Shown here one piece after another: positions 30,663 through 39,526 of a DNA stretch of 64,000 bases (position 1 is its first letter; every line of letters begins with the position of its first letter). Below the pieces are notes generated by a model. It saw nothing but the letters and a program-made list of their open reading frames with translations, did not search any database and had not been told where the DNA came from. This DNA is from Nitrospinaceae bacterium. Its GTDB lineage: Bacteria > Nitrospinota > Nitrospinia > Nitrospinales > Nitrospinaceae. The stretch is from NCBI GenBank assembly GCA_965237905.1, contig OZ250172.1:2304001-2368000 (forward strand), given 5' to 3'. Made by a program: the position numbers and the translations under genes.

Positions 30663-33479
30663 GTGAGGAAAGGTAACAAATCGGAGTTCCATATTTTGAA
30701 AAATAATGGAGAGATCATAGCTGAGAATAGGGTAGGTTTCCCGGGTTGGGTGATTCACCTGACCCTTTTTACTTGTGCCGTACCATTCTTGCTGAACCTG
30801 CTCGGGGTTGATTTTGGAGCTCCTTCTGATTCTATTGACATCTCACCCAAGGGGAGTCCCCTTCACACCAAAATTACGAAAGAAATTTCAATAGAATGGA
30901 CCACTCATGCTCTGCTGGAGTGGAGTTCTTTTGGCCTGGCTGCTTTTGCCGCTATGCTGGCTTTTATCCATTATTCCATGAAGGGGGACAGGGTCTCACC
31001 CGTCATTGGAATAACATTGTTGTTGATGGGGTGTTCGGACGCGTTTCAAGCATTGGCGGTGGATCACCTCGCCGAGTGGATCACCGATGTCCATACCTAT
31101 ATTCCCTTTACCTGGGTGGTTTCCAGAACCTTGAGCGCGTTGATTTTAGTTGCGGGGGTGGGGTTTTTAGTGTCAACCCGTGATCAAAATTACAACAAGG
31201 CCCTTCCAGCGGTGGTCATCATGTCTGTAGTGCTGGCTTTTCTGGCCTACGGCACCATTTATATCACTACGATCACCCATTCGATCCCCCAAACCCTTTT
31301 CCCGGAATCGTTCATGACACGGCCCTGGGAATTGGGACCTCTGGTTGTCTATCTGTTTGCCGGGGTATTGCTGTTTCCACGATTTCATAAGGAGAAACGG
31401 AACTATGTATCGCACTCTCTTATGATCAGTATCATTCCTCACGTGGCCGCTCAGTTGTATATGGGCTTCGGCTCTCAAATTTTATTCGACCCTTATTTCA
31501 AAGCCGCGCATTTCACAAAGATCCTCGCATATCTTCTTCCTTTGTCAGGCTTGGCGATGGAAATTTTGAAAACGTACCAGCACGAGAGACTGATCGTCGA
31601 GAGTTTCGGGATGGTCCAAAAAGAGCTGAGGAAGCTGGACGGCCACAACAAGCTGGTTTTGGACACTGTGGGAGACGGTGTTGTTGGCCTCGATTCCGAA
31701 GGAACCATCACTTCCATCAACCCTTCAGCGCAATTGATTCTCGGGTATACCGAGGAGGAGTGTGTTGGCAAGCCCGCCCAGAAATTGATATTTCCTTCCA
31801 ATCCTGAAAGAGAAGACCTTATCAGTGCGTCTATTCAATATGGAAAGGTTTACAGGGAAACCGACGATGTGTTCCAGCGCAAGAACGGCTCCACGTTCAG
31901 TGTGGAATATATGGTCACCCCGATTCTGGAGGATGAACAGGCCATAGGGGCCGTCATCACCTTCAAGGAAAGCACGGAACAGGCGCTGATCGAAGGTTAT
32001 TTTTATAAAGCTCTCCAGGAGGTTTCCAAAGCCCGGGAGGAGGCCGACCGCCTGAGGGAATTCGCCGAGTCCTCCAATAAATCCAAAAGCATCTTTCTTT
32101 CCGTCATGAGTCATGAGATTCGCACTCCCCTGAGCGTCATTTTGGGATATGCTCAAATCCTGCAAAGAGATCCTTTATTAAATTCAGAGCAAAAGGATTT
32201 TGTCGGGAAAGTAGAAACCAGCGGGAATCATCTTCTCGAGCTGGTTAACGATCTTCTCGATATCTCCAAAATCGAAGCGGGTGAAGCAGTACTAAACTTA
32301 ACCGACTTTGACCTTCATGAGCTTATTGATGGACTTGCGCTGATGTTCAGGAATCGATGTGAAACGAAGGACCTGAGATTCTCCTCGGAGGGAATGGGTG
32401 AAAAGCCAATTTATGTTCATGGGGATGAAGGAAAACTGCGCCAGATCCTGGTTAATCTATTGGGGAATGCGGTTAAATTCACCGGCGAGGGAGAGGTGAC
32501 TTTGACTCTGGAAAGCCAGCCGGATAACAAATTCAGGTTTACCGTCAGCGATACCGGAAACGGCATCCGCCCCGAGGATCAAGTCAATATCTTCGAACTG
32601 TTCAAACAGGGAGATGAAGGGCTCAGTAAGGGAGGCACCGGATTGGGATTGGCGATTGCCTGGAAACTATCAGAGCTGATGAATGGAGAACTCTCCCTGG
32701 AATCTGAAATTAATAAAGGTTCCCACTTTTCTTTTGCCTTGGAATTACAGCCTGCAAAAAATCCGGTTCCAGCGCGATCGAGAAGAAACCGCAAAGTGAA
32801 AAGGCTGGCGGGAGGGGTGCACTTGAAAGCGTTGGTGGTTGATGATGTTGAAGTAAACCGAGTTATGCTGTGTAAGATTCTGAGATCCATCGGGGTTGAT
32901 ATTATTGAAGCAGAAGATGGGCAAAAGGCGATTGAGAAGCTCAGGGAATTTGAGCCCGATATTATTTTTATGGACAAACATATGCCCGTCATGAGCGGAG
33001 AGGAAGCAACCAGGAGGATTTCTAAGAAATATGGGGCGGAGCGATTCAAAATCGTCGGTGTTACGGCCTCTGCACTTTCCCATGAGCAAGAAGTTATGTT
33101 AACTGCCGGATGCAGCGTTGTCATTGGTAAGCCTTTTCGAGTCGAGCAAATTTTTAAATGTATTCAAGATCTCCTGGGTGTGGAGTATGAATATGAAGAT
33201 GCCCGGAAAGATCAGAAAAAAAGTCCAAAGAAAACTTCGCCTCAATCGAATGAATTTTCTGATATGAATATTCCTGCCAAGATGTTCCTGGAATTTAAAG
33301 ATAGTATTGATAAGGGTGATTCCTCTGCATTGGAAAAACAGCTAGCCAACTTTGGCGCTTTGGGTGATAAAGAAAAACTCCTGGAAACGCGCCTTTCAGC
33401 TTTAGTCAAGGAAGACGATTTTGAAGGGATTTTGGATATATTGGAAAAAATTCCGGTGGTTGGGATCATGCATGACTAA
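30663..33479 (+). CDS. hybrid sensor histidine kinase (MASE3-like membrane domain, PAS, HisKA, HATPase, receiver)
   Basis: HALLEWSS/TWVVSRT membrane domain; PAS; MSHEIRTPL; NLLGNAVKFT; DTGNGI; GTGLGLAI; VVDD...FMDKHMP. Confidence 0.93.
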   Translation: MRKGNKSEFHILKNNGEIIAENRVGFPGWVIHLTLFTCAVPFLLNLLGVDFGAPSDSIDISPKGSPLHTKITKEISIEWTTHALLEWSSFGLAAFAAMLAFIHYSMKGDRVSPVIGITLLLMGCSDAFQALAVDHLAEWITDVHTYIPFTWVVSRTLSALILVAGVGFLVSTRDQNYNKALPAVVIMSVVLAFLAYGTIYITTITHSIPQTLFPESFMTRPWELGPLVVYLFAGVLLFPRFHKEKRNYVSHSLMISIIPHVAAQLYMGFGSQILFDPYFKAAHFTKILAYLLPLSGLAMEILKTYQHERLIVESFGMVQKELRKLDGHNKLVLDTVGDGVVGLDSEGTITSINPSAQLILGYTEEECVGKPAQKLIFPSNPEREDLISASIQYGKVYRETDDVFQRKNGSTFSVEYMVTPILEDEQAIGAVITFKESTEQALIEGYFYKALQEVSKAREEADRLREFAESSNKSKSIFLSVMSHEIRTPLSVILGYAQILQRDPLLNSEQKDFVGKVETSGNHLLELVNDLLDISKIEAGEAVLNLTDFDLHELIDGLALMFRNRCETKDLRFSSEGMGEKPIYVHGDEGKLRQILVNLLGNAVKFTGEGEVTLTLESQPDNKFRFTVSDTGNGIRPEDQVNIFELFKQGDEGLSKGGTGLGLAIAWKLSELMNGELSLESEINKGSHFSFALELQPAKNPVPARSRRNRKVKRLAGGVHLKALVVDDVEVNRVMLCKILRSIGVDIIEAEDGQKAIEKLREFEPDIIFMDKHMPVMSGEEATRRISKKYGAERFKIVGVTASALSHEQEVMLTAGCSVVIGKPFRVEQIFKCIQDLLGVEYEYEDARKDQKKSPKKTSPQSNEFSDMNIPAKMFLEFKDSIDKGDSSALEKQLANFGALGDKEKLLETRLSALVKEDDFEGILDILEKIPVVGIMHD

Positions 33480-33494
33480 AGAACAACACAGGTG

Positions 33495-35504
33495 TTACGC
33501 TTGCCAAAATAACCTGAGAATATTTTCATCTTCCAATGCAGAGATCACCATCACCAGCCACGCAGTTCCCGCCACTGACGAATTCCTGGAAAACTGATAA
33601 CGAAGATATTCCGTGGCATAGGGCAAGCCACCTTCTCTGTCCTGCAGTTTTACCATCGATTTTATTAATTCCACGGCTTGTTCATTTTTTTTCAATTTTA
33701 GATACGCCATGGCGACCCCTAAAGAGCCTTCAGGCCAAATCATGGGGAGGTCATTCCAGTTTTTCTCTGGAGCTTCAGGATAAAAGAGGGTGTTTAACTC
33801 GGTGTCTTCATAGAGAAGCAGGTCGGCGTAAGGTTTGTAGCCTTGATGTTGATTGGATTTGACAAGATAACCGGCAGTGGAATTTAATGATGTTAAGGCT
33901 TTGGATTCTTCCCCGACAGCCTGGAGAAATACCGCTCCCCATGAGGCGCAGTCGAGTGCCTTGGCAGGGTCGGCCCCGTCAAGGCGCTGGCCTCTATTGA
34001 GCTGACCGGTTTTCTCGTTCCAGGATTTTTTAACCATTGATTGCTTGAGGATATTTGCAGGAGACGCATACTTTTTTTCCCCGGTCAGTACGGCCAAGTC
34101 GCGCAGTAAAAAGTAAATATCAATATTATGCTCTATGCTGGCCCATTGGATGGAGCCGGGAATAAAATATTCCTCAATAGTATTGATCTCTTTGTTCCAT
34201 CGATAAGAATATCGGCCTTCCCCGCCTGTAAAGAAACCGTATCGGGGATCTGTTGGATCCGTGATCTGTCGCAAAAGGATTTTGTCAGCAATCGATTGGG
34301 CAAGCCTCAGATGGTTCATTGCTTCATTGTCCTGCTGAAGCAAATTCGGATTATCTGTCAACCGGGTTTTTAAATAAAAGGTGATGGCATAACCCAGCCA
34401 GGCAGAGGCTCCGCTACGCACGATGGCTCCGGCATGATCGTTTTTATTGGGCCAGGAGTTATGAGTATTAAAGGTAAACCAGAGATCATTATCCGGGGAA
34501 AGGACACGCGAGGAGGCTTCAATGATCCGTTCTGCCAGGCTATATTCCCCAACCATGGAAAACGCAATAACGGCCAAGGCATTGTCATAAAGAGAGGCCT
34601 TGCTGAAAACGTAGCGATAAACTTCCGAATCTTTGGGAACTTTGTAGCTGATTAAAAGATTTCTTCGGTCCTGAGCGGGTTCTTTAACAATGCTATTCGG
34701 AACGACCTGCGATTTGAGCCAGGCGACGGCCTTTTCCTTGTAGGGAGTCCATTCCGTGCGGACGGATTTTTTTTCCGAATCCACTTTTGAGAGGACGGGG
34801 GTAAATGTTTCGGCGACTTCACTCTTATTCAGGTTCACCTTCAATTCGGAGAGTTGCTTGATAAAATCGAGGGCACTCTTTTCAGCATCCTCCAGGGAGG
34901 GGTCAATGATAACGGACAAACGCAGCATGACCAGGCCATCGGTGATATTGCGGCGGGAATCGGGCCACAAATACCAGTACAACACGAGATGCTTTGTGTC
35001 CTCTTTTTCGACGACTGCGTAGCGTACTTGGAAAACTTCATTTCTTAAGCTTATGGATTTAAACCGTCTTTCTTCAACTTTCCAACCGTCTCCGATATAA
35101 CAGACCTCAGGCGTATGAAACTGGCTCTCGTTGGTGCCGTGTACGGCCATTAAGTAAATTGCCGCATTGGTTTTAGGATTCTTATAGAAACGGTGGTAAA
35201 GGATGTTGGGATCATTCGAATCCAGATTTTCACCTCCCCAGTCTCCGAGTTGAAATGGAATATTTTTCAGGTTCGGTTTGTAAAGATAATCCGTATTGGA
35301 AACGAATTTTCCTTCATGCGACGTTGAGAAGTAATGGGAGGTATCCGAAGTGAACTTATAAACTTTGGAAATGGAGGAATCCGCTTTGTGTGCGCCATCC
35401 CCCGTAGAGTTGCATTGGCTACAGCCAGCTCCCGTTGCGAATAACAGGCAACAAGACCAGAGGTAAAGGAAAAGACGCGATTTATTATTAAGCTTCTTTT
35501 GCAT
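33495..35504 (-). CDS. EpsI-family exosortase-associated domain fused to an (alpha/alpha)6 glycoside-hydrolase-like domain
   Basis: IPFQLGDWGG, FHTPEVCYIGDGWKV, LVLYWY (EpsI); YDNALAVIA, SIEHNIDIY, WPEGSLG, SVAGTAW; likely start 35504. Confidence 0.75.
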   Translation of the reverse strand: MQKKLNNKSRLFLYLWSCCLLFATGAGCSQCNSTGDGAHKADSSISKVYKFTSDTSHYFSTSHEGKFVSNTDYLYKPNLKNIPFQLGDWGGENLDSNDPNILYHRFYKNPKTNAAIYLMAVHGTNESQFHTPEVCYIGDGWKVEERRFKSISLRNEVFQVRYAVVEKEDTKHLVLYWYLWPDSRRNITDGLVMLRLSVIIDPSLEDAEKSALDFIKQLSELKVNLNKSEVAETFTPVLSKVDSEKKSVRTEWTPYKEKAVAWLKSQVVPNSIVKEPAQDRRNLLISYKVPKDSEVYRYVFSKASLYDNALAVIAFSMVGEYSLAERIIEASSRVLSPDNDLWFTFNTHNSWPNKNDHAGAIVRSGASAWLGYAITFYLKTRLTDNPNLLQQDNEAMNHLRLAQSIADKILLRQITDPTDPRYGFFTGGEGRYSYRWNKEINTIEEYFIPGSIQWASIEHNIDIYFLLRDLAVLTGEKKYASPANILKQSMVKKSWNEKTGQLNRGQRLDGADPAKALDCASWGAVFLQAVGEESKALTSLNSTAGYLVKSNQHQGYKPYADLLLYEDTELNTLFYPEAPEKNWNDLPMIWPEGSLGVAMAYLKLKKNEQAVELIKSMVKLQDREGGLPYATEYLRYQFSRNSSVAGTAWLVMVISALEDENILRLFWQA

Positions 35505-36312
35505 GTGGACGATTAAATCCAAAGACGATTAAATACCAGGGGATAAATAATAAGATAAGAGTAAAGATAAAAAATATAATGTTGCCCGTATCATGCCAGA
35601 AATCGTGCGCGGCGGTGGCTCCGTAAGAGTTTGCCACGATGAACAATGTCACGATTCGAAGCAGGTTTCCCAACATCGCAGTTGGGACGATGAGAAGGTA
35701 TAAATAAATCTTTTTACACGATGAAGTCTTCGTAAAATAGACGATGGGAACCATCAGGGTCAAAAGAGCAATGAGTGACTGAATACCACTCGATGGCTCA
35801 CCGATTAAAAAAGTGGCATTCGGGAGATATACCGTGGCCCCTTCAGAACTGATCTGGTATCCAAAGATCTTCATAAGACCGGTTGAAAGGGCTGTCATGG
35901 CAAATTGAAGAAACGCGGTCAGTTCCGGCAGAAAAGGAATGGGGACCGCTATTATCGGGAACAACAACGGGAAGCGCAGGCGATGGGCCGGAATATAGTT
36001 TGAAAGCAGATAAACGATAGAGAGCAGGGTGAAAAAAATCGGGACCGTTTTCAGGTAATTGAGACCGGTCGTTATTCCAATGAGATATAAAACGATACTG
36101 GCTACCAGGAAATAAATCCAAAGATGGTTTTTGCCCTCGGTAGCTTTGGATTTTACAATCCTATGTACCGTCATGGCGATCGCCGCTAAAGCGACGACGA
36201 AGCCATGCTGGTAGTAGGGATTGACGATCCACGACTCAATCAACCAGCGCATCGGCTGGAAATAGGCAAACCCGCCACCCACCAGCAGAATCAGGGCTAA
36301 AGCAACCTTCAT
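35488..36312 (-). CDS. exosortase/archaeosortase-family protein with catalytic Cys replaced by Ser
   Basis: NPYYQHGFVV, FAMTALS, IGEPSSGIQSL, GNLLRI, FWHDTG; 8 predicted TM segments. Confidence 0.88.
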   Translation of the reverse strand: MKVALALILLVGGGFAYFQPMRWLIESWIVNPYYQHGFVVALAAIAMTVHRIVKSKATEGKNHLWIYFLVASIVLYLIGITTGLNYLKTVPIFFTLLSIVYLLSNYIPAHRLRFPLLFPIIAVPIPFLPELTAFLQFAMTALSTGLMKIFGYQISSEGATVYLPNATFLIGEPSSGIQSLIALLTLMVPIVYFTKTSSCKKIYLYLLIVPTAMLGNLLRIVTLFIVANSYGATAAHDFWHDTGNIIFFIFTLILLFIPWYLIVFGFNRPHAKEA

Positions 36313-36596
36313 GCTTTCAGGGCGGGTTTCTTATTCCGATTTCGTATTAGATAAACGATACCCCCTGATACCAAAATCAGGGCTAAACCACCGGGAATCA
36401 TATATCGAATGGGGAACTCGGAAACCGTCGGAGGCGGGCCACATTTGTTTCCTTGGCAAGTATGCCCAGGCTTATGATGTGCCTCGGCAACCGATACCAT
36501 GCCAATGGGCCCCAAGCTCAAGGCTGAAAATAAAACCGCCCCAAAAAATGCGGTCACAAGAACAAAATTGACTGGTTTTTCAAATAAACGTTTCAT
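36309..36596 (-). CDS. small secreted peptide precursor with a C-terminal VSEFP-TM-basic sorting signal (putative exosortase substrate)
   Basis: Signal peptide ending AEA; HHKPGHTCQGNKCGPPPT; VSEFP; hydrophobic helix; RNRNKK; AAGGA RBS; ATGA overlap with the exosortase gene. Confidence 0.8.
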   Translation of the reverse strand: MKRLFEKPVNFVLVTAFFGAVLFSALSLGPIGMVSVAEAHHKPGHTCQGNKCGPPPTVSEFPIRYMIPGGLALILVSGGIVYLIRNRNKKPALKA

Positions 36597-36599
36597 AGG

Positions 36600-37565
36600 T
36601 TATTCCTTCTTCTTATTCGGCGGCCTCAATTCCAATACCACCCCTAACGGATACAACCACTGCAATAAGGGGTCGATCGTGAGCGCCATTTCTCCTTCTA
36701 AAGCTACATTATTAGTATCAAGGTTCAATCGAAAAAGGTCAATATCCCAGAATTTGCCTGCCGAGCCATCCCAATCATCTTTACCGGAAATAGCCTTGCC
36801 ATTGAGGAGATTGCCCGATCCATTGCCCGCCCGACCGTGACCCCCAATAATCCCAATAGAACTCGGCTTCATGAAACCCTTTGGTAAATGCGATGTTAGG
36901 GAGAGGTCGTAGGTCTCGCCGGGCTTCAGAACCTGAAGCCCCGCCAGAAAAATCACAGAATGGGTTTCATCGCTATTCCGATCTTCTGTGACGATCAATA
37001 AAGCCCATCCTGCGACCGAATAAGGGTCCTTTCCGCCAGGATTCACCCCATCCGAGGATAGGTTTTTCACCCCGTACGAGCCATTGCCCGTGACATACTG
37101 GGTGACATCCGCCAGTGCCGAATAAAGGATTCCCGTGGAGTTTTTCTTCCAAATGCGTTGAGCGGTGATCCGGTGTTCCTTGTTTTTGGGTCCAAGGAAA
37201 TGGATCTTTCCTGCATTTTTATTTTGTTCTTTAACTTCCCCTGACCAAATAAGGAAAGCTTTTTTAATCGGCGAGGACACCTTTAGTGGAACGCGACTTA
37301 CCTTTTTTATCTTCTTTTCGATTAACAAACTTTCCCCAATAATTTTAAATCCCAACCCTCGCGACGTCTGGCTATAAGTTGTTTCAAAACCATTTAAAGG
37401 TTTATGATTTACGGAGGAAAACTCGGAAGCTGAGAGGGGTTGAGATAATATTAAAAGGATTGTAAGTTGCAAAAAACATAAAAGGCCGAGAGGAAGGCGC
37501 CGACAAAAATATATTTTCTTCTTATCACTTCGGGAGATTTGCTTTATTGGTTTGATCTGAAACAC
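36600..37565 (-). CDS. exported beta-rich protein, DUF3344-like
   Basis: Signal peptide; KAFLIWSG, ADVTQYVTGNGSYGVKNL, AGWALLIVTED. Confidence 0.65.
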   Translation of the reverse strand: MFQIKPIKQISRSDKKKIYFCRRLPLGLLCFLQLTILLILSQPLSASEFSSVNHKPLNGFETTYSQTSRGLGFKIIGESLLIEKKIKKVSRVPLKVSSPIKKAFLIWSGEVKEQNKNAGKIHFLGPKNKEHRITAQRIWKKNSTGILYSALADVTQYVTGNGSYGVKNLSSDGVNPGGKDPYSVAGWALLIVTEDRNSDETHSVIFLAGLQVLKPGETYDLSLTSHLPKGFMKPSSIGIIGGHGRAGNGSGNLLNGKAISGKDDWDGSAGKFWDIDLFRLNLDTNNVALEGEMALTIDPLLQWLYPLGVVLELRPPNKKKE

Positions 37566-39526
37566 TATAACCTCAGCGTAAAATAAGTCTGATAAGTCTG
37601 TGTGATATCATCGTCTTTCAGAGTTTCAATGGAAAATCTTGCATCAACCGTCCAGGAAATCCAATCCGCAATCTCCCAGGTAAAGAATAAGGTTGTCGTA
37701 TGCTCCAACGACTTGTCCAAAGAGTTATAGGTGATGATGTAATCCGTCTCAAGGTTTAACTTTTCTTTAATTTTGTGCTGAAAATTGATAAAAAAGCTGT
37801 TTAATGTTTGGGCTGGTTTGGAGAGATGTCGGAACTGGTATTCCAACTGGATCTTTTTATAGAAAGGGAGGAGGTATCTCGCACGTATCACATAATCCTC
37901 GCGGGTGTCCGTTACACTGGAAAAATCACGCAACGAGGGATTCAGCAATAAAGAAAGGTGTTCGGTGATGTCGACATCATAAGAAGCTGAATAAATATTT
38001 ATACTATCCACTTCCGCGTTGCCGGAACTGGAAAAGGTATTTATAAACAATTCTCTTGAAACGGACGCAGTGAAATAATGCTTTCCGGATCTTTTGGTTG
38101 CAAGAAAGAAACCAGCAAGGTCGGTTTCTGAACCGTTCAGGTTGAAGGCGTTATTTCCCTTGTTTTCGAATTGACTGACATCAGCCCTGAACCGCAATGA
38201 AAAATTCTGGGGCAATTTTTGTGTAAAACCAACGGACCCAATGTTTGCGCCGATGTTATAAAGGGTCGCATTATTCACTTTATTTACTTGTTTCTGGTCT
38301 GAGCGTTGGTAGCGCAACTGTAATTTGGATTTTGCGGAAAAACTGTAAAAATAATCCGCGGTTTCACGTAAATCCCTGAAAACAACGTCGCGCAAACCCG
38401 TGCTTGGGTCCGGCTTATCCCGAAACTCAAAAAAGTCAAAGCGGGTGATCAGTGCAGGCGCTTGGAATTTTTGCAGGCGGTCGAGGGCTTGCCGTGCTTC
38501 CACATCGTTAGGTTGAATTTTCAGAGCCCTCCGGTATAGCCGTTCGGACACATCCCACTGATCATCATAAAAATAGGTTCTTCCCAGCCCGACCAGAGCT
38601 TCGGTGTTTTCAGGGTCAATTTCCAGCGCCTGGTTGTAAAGTTTTATGGATTCTTCGGTGTTTTTCTGCCAACTGTAAACCCGTCCCAGAGTGATGTAGC
38701 TGGAAACATCCCCACGAAACAAAGCGATTGATTTTTGAAGTTCCGTGACCGAATCATCCAGCCGTGCCATCCAACTGTATAGTGTTCCCAGCATCGCGCG
38801 AATGTCCTGGCGATCCGGCGCCATGTCCCTTGCCCGCTCCAGATACTTGATGGCATCCTCATGATTTCCTTCGTGGCTGTATAAAATCCCAGTGCCAATA
38901 ATGGCTTCCAGGTTGTTGGGATCCTTTTCAAGAATTCTTGAATACAGCTGAATGCCTTCCTTTGTCTTTCGCATCCATTTATATGTGGTGGCCAATCCCT
39001 TAATGGCTTCCATATTGTCCGGATAAATAGCGATGAGCTTCTTGAAGTAATCCACGCTCACTTCGAATTTTCTCTGCCAGGCGGTGACTTGGCCAAGCAG
39101 GAACAGGACGTCAAAACGTTTGGGATACTTGGAAAGGAGTTTCTTGAGGCCCTCTTCAGCGGGGGCGTGCTCTCCCTGCCAAGCCCTCAAGCGCAGGAGG
39201 CCTATTTCGCCATCCGGGATATCGGGCCGTATATCGCCAACTTTTCGATAGATGGCGCCGGCTTCCTGATATTTCTTTTGCCAGCTCAGGACCGTTGCAA
39301 GGCCGGTTAAGGCTTCAATATCCTTGGGATTTTCCTTTATCAGTTGTTGGTAAATGGCCGCCGCCTCATCGTAATTTCCCTTCCAACTCGTTTCGCGTGC
39401 TTTAAGCATTAAGGTGTCGCGTTCAATGGCCCATGCAGGGGAAGAGAACAAACAAAGCAATAGTGTCAGGAAGATGAAAAAGAGAATAGGGCGGGTCCAG
39501 CTGCTTTCTTTATTCTTCTGATTCAT
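37565..39526 (-). CDS. TPR-repeat + outer-membrane beta-barrel protein (YaiO/PgaA/BcsC-like export architecture)
   Basis: Signal peptide; many TPRs with LSWQ/AWQ; amphipathic strands ending QTYFTLRL; ATGA overlap at 39523-39526. Confidence 0.8.
   Translation of the reverse strand: MNQKNKESSWTRPILFFIFLTLLLCLFSSPAWAIERDTLMLKARETSWKGNYDEAAAIYQQLIKENPKDIEALTGLATVLSWQKKYQEAGAIYRKVGDIRPDIPDGEIGLLRLRAWQGEHAPAEEGLKKLLSKYPKRFDVLFLLGQVTAWQRKFEVSVDYFKKLIAIYPDNMEAIKGLATTYKWMRKTKEGIQLYSRILEKDPNNLEAIIGTGILYSHEGNHEDAIKYLERARDMAPDRQDIRAMLGTLYSWMARLDDSVTELQKSIALFRGDVSSYITLGRVYSWQKNTEESIKLYNQALEIDPENTEALVGLGRTYFYDDQWDVSERLYRRALKIQPNDVEARQALDRLQKFQAPALITRFDFFEFRDKPDPSTGLRDVVFRDLRETADYFYSFSAKSKLQLRYQRSDQKQVNKVNNATLYNIGANIGSVGFTQKLPQNFSLRFRADVSQFENKGNNAFNLNGSETDLAGFFLATKRSGKHYFTASVSRELFINTFSSSGNAEVDSINIYSASYDVDITEHLSLLLNPSLRDFSSVTDTREDYVIRARYLLPFYKKIQLEYQFRHLSKPAQTLNSFFINFQHKIKEKLNLETDYIITYNSLDKSLEHTTTLFFTWEIADWISWTVDARFSIETLKDDDITQTYQTYFTLRL

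Noticed and set aside
30663..33479. Hybrid kinase as the cognate partner of the operon's receiver protein
   Set aside because: Only proximity supports it; the orientation is convergent and there is no His-containing Hpt domain to relay phosphate
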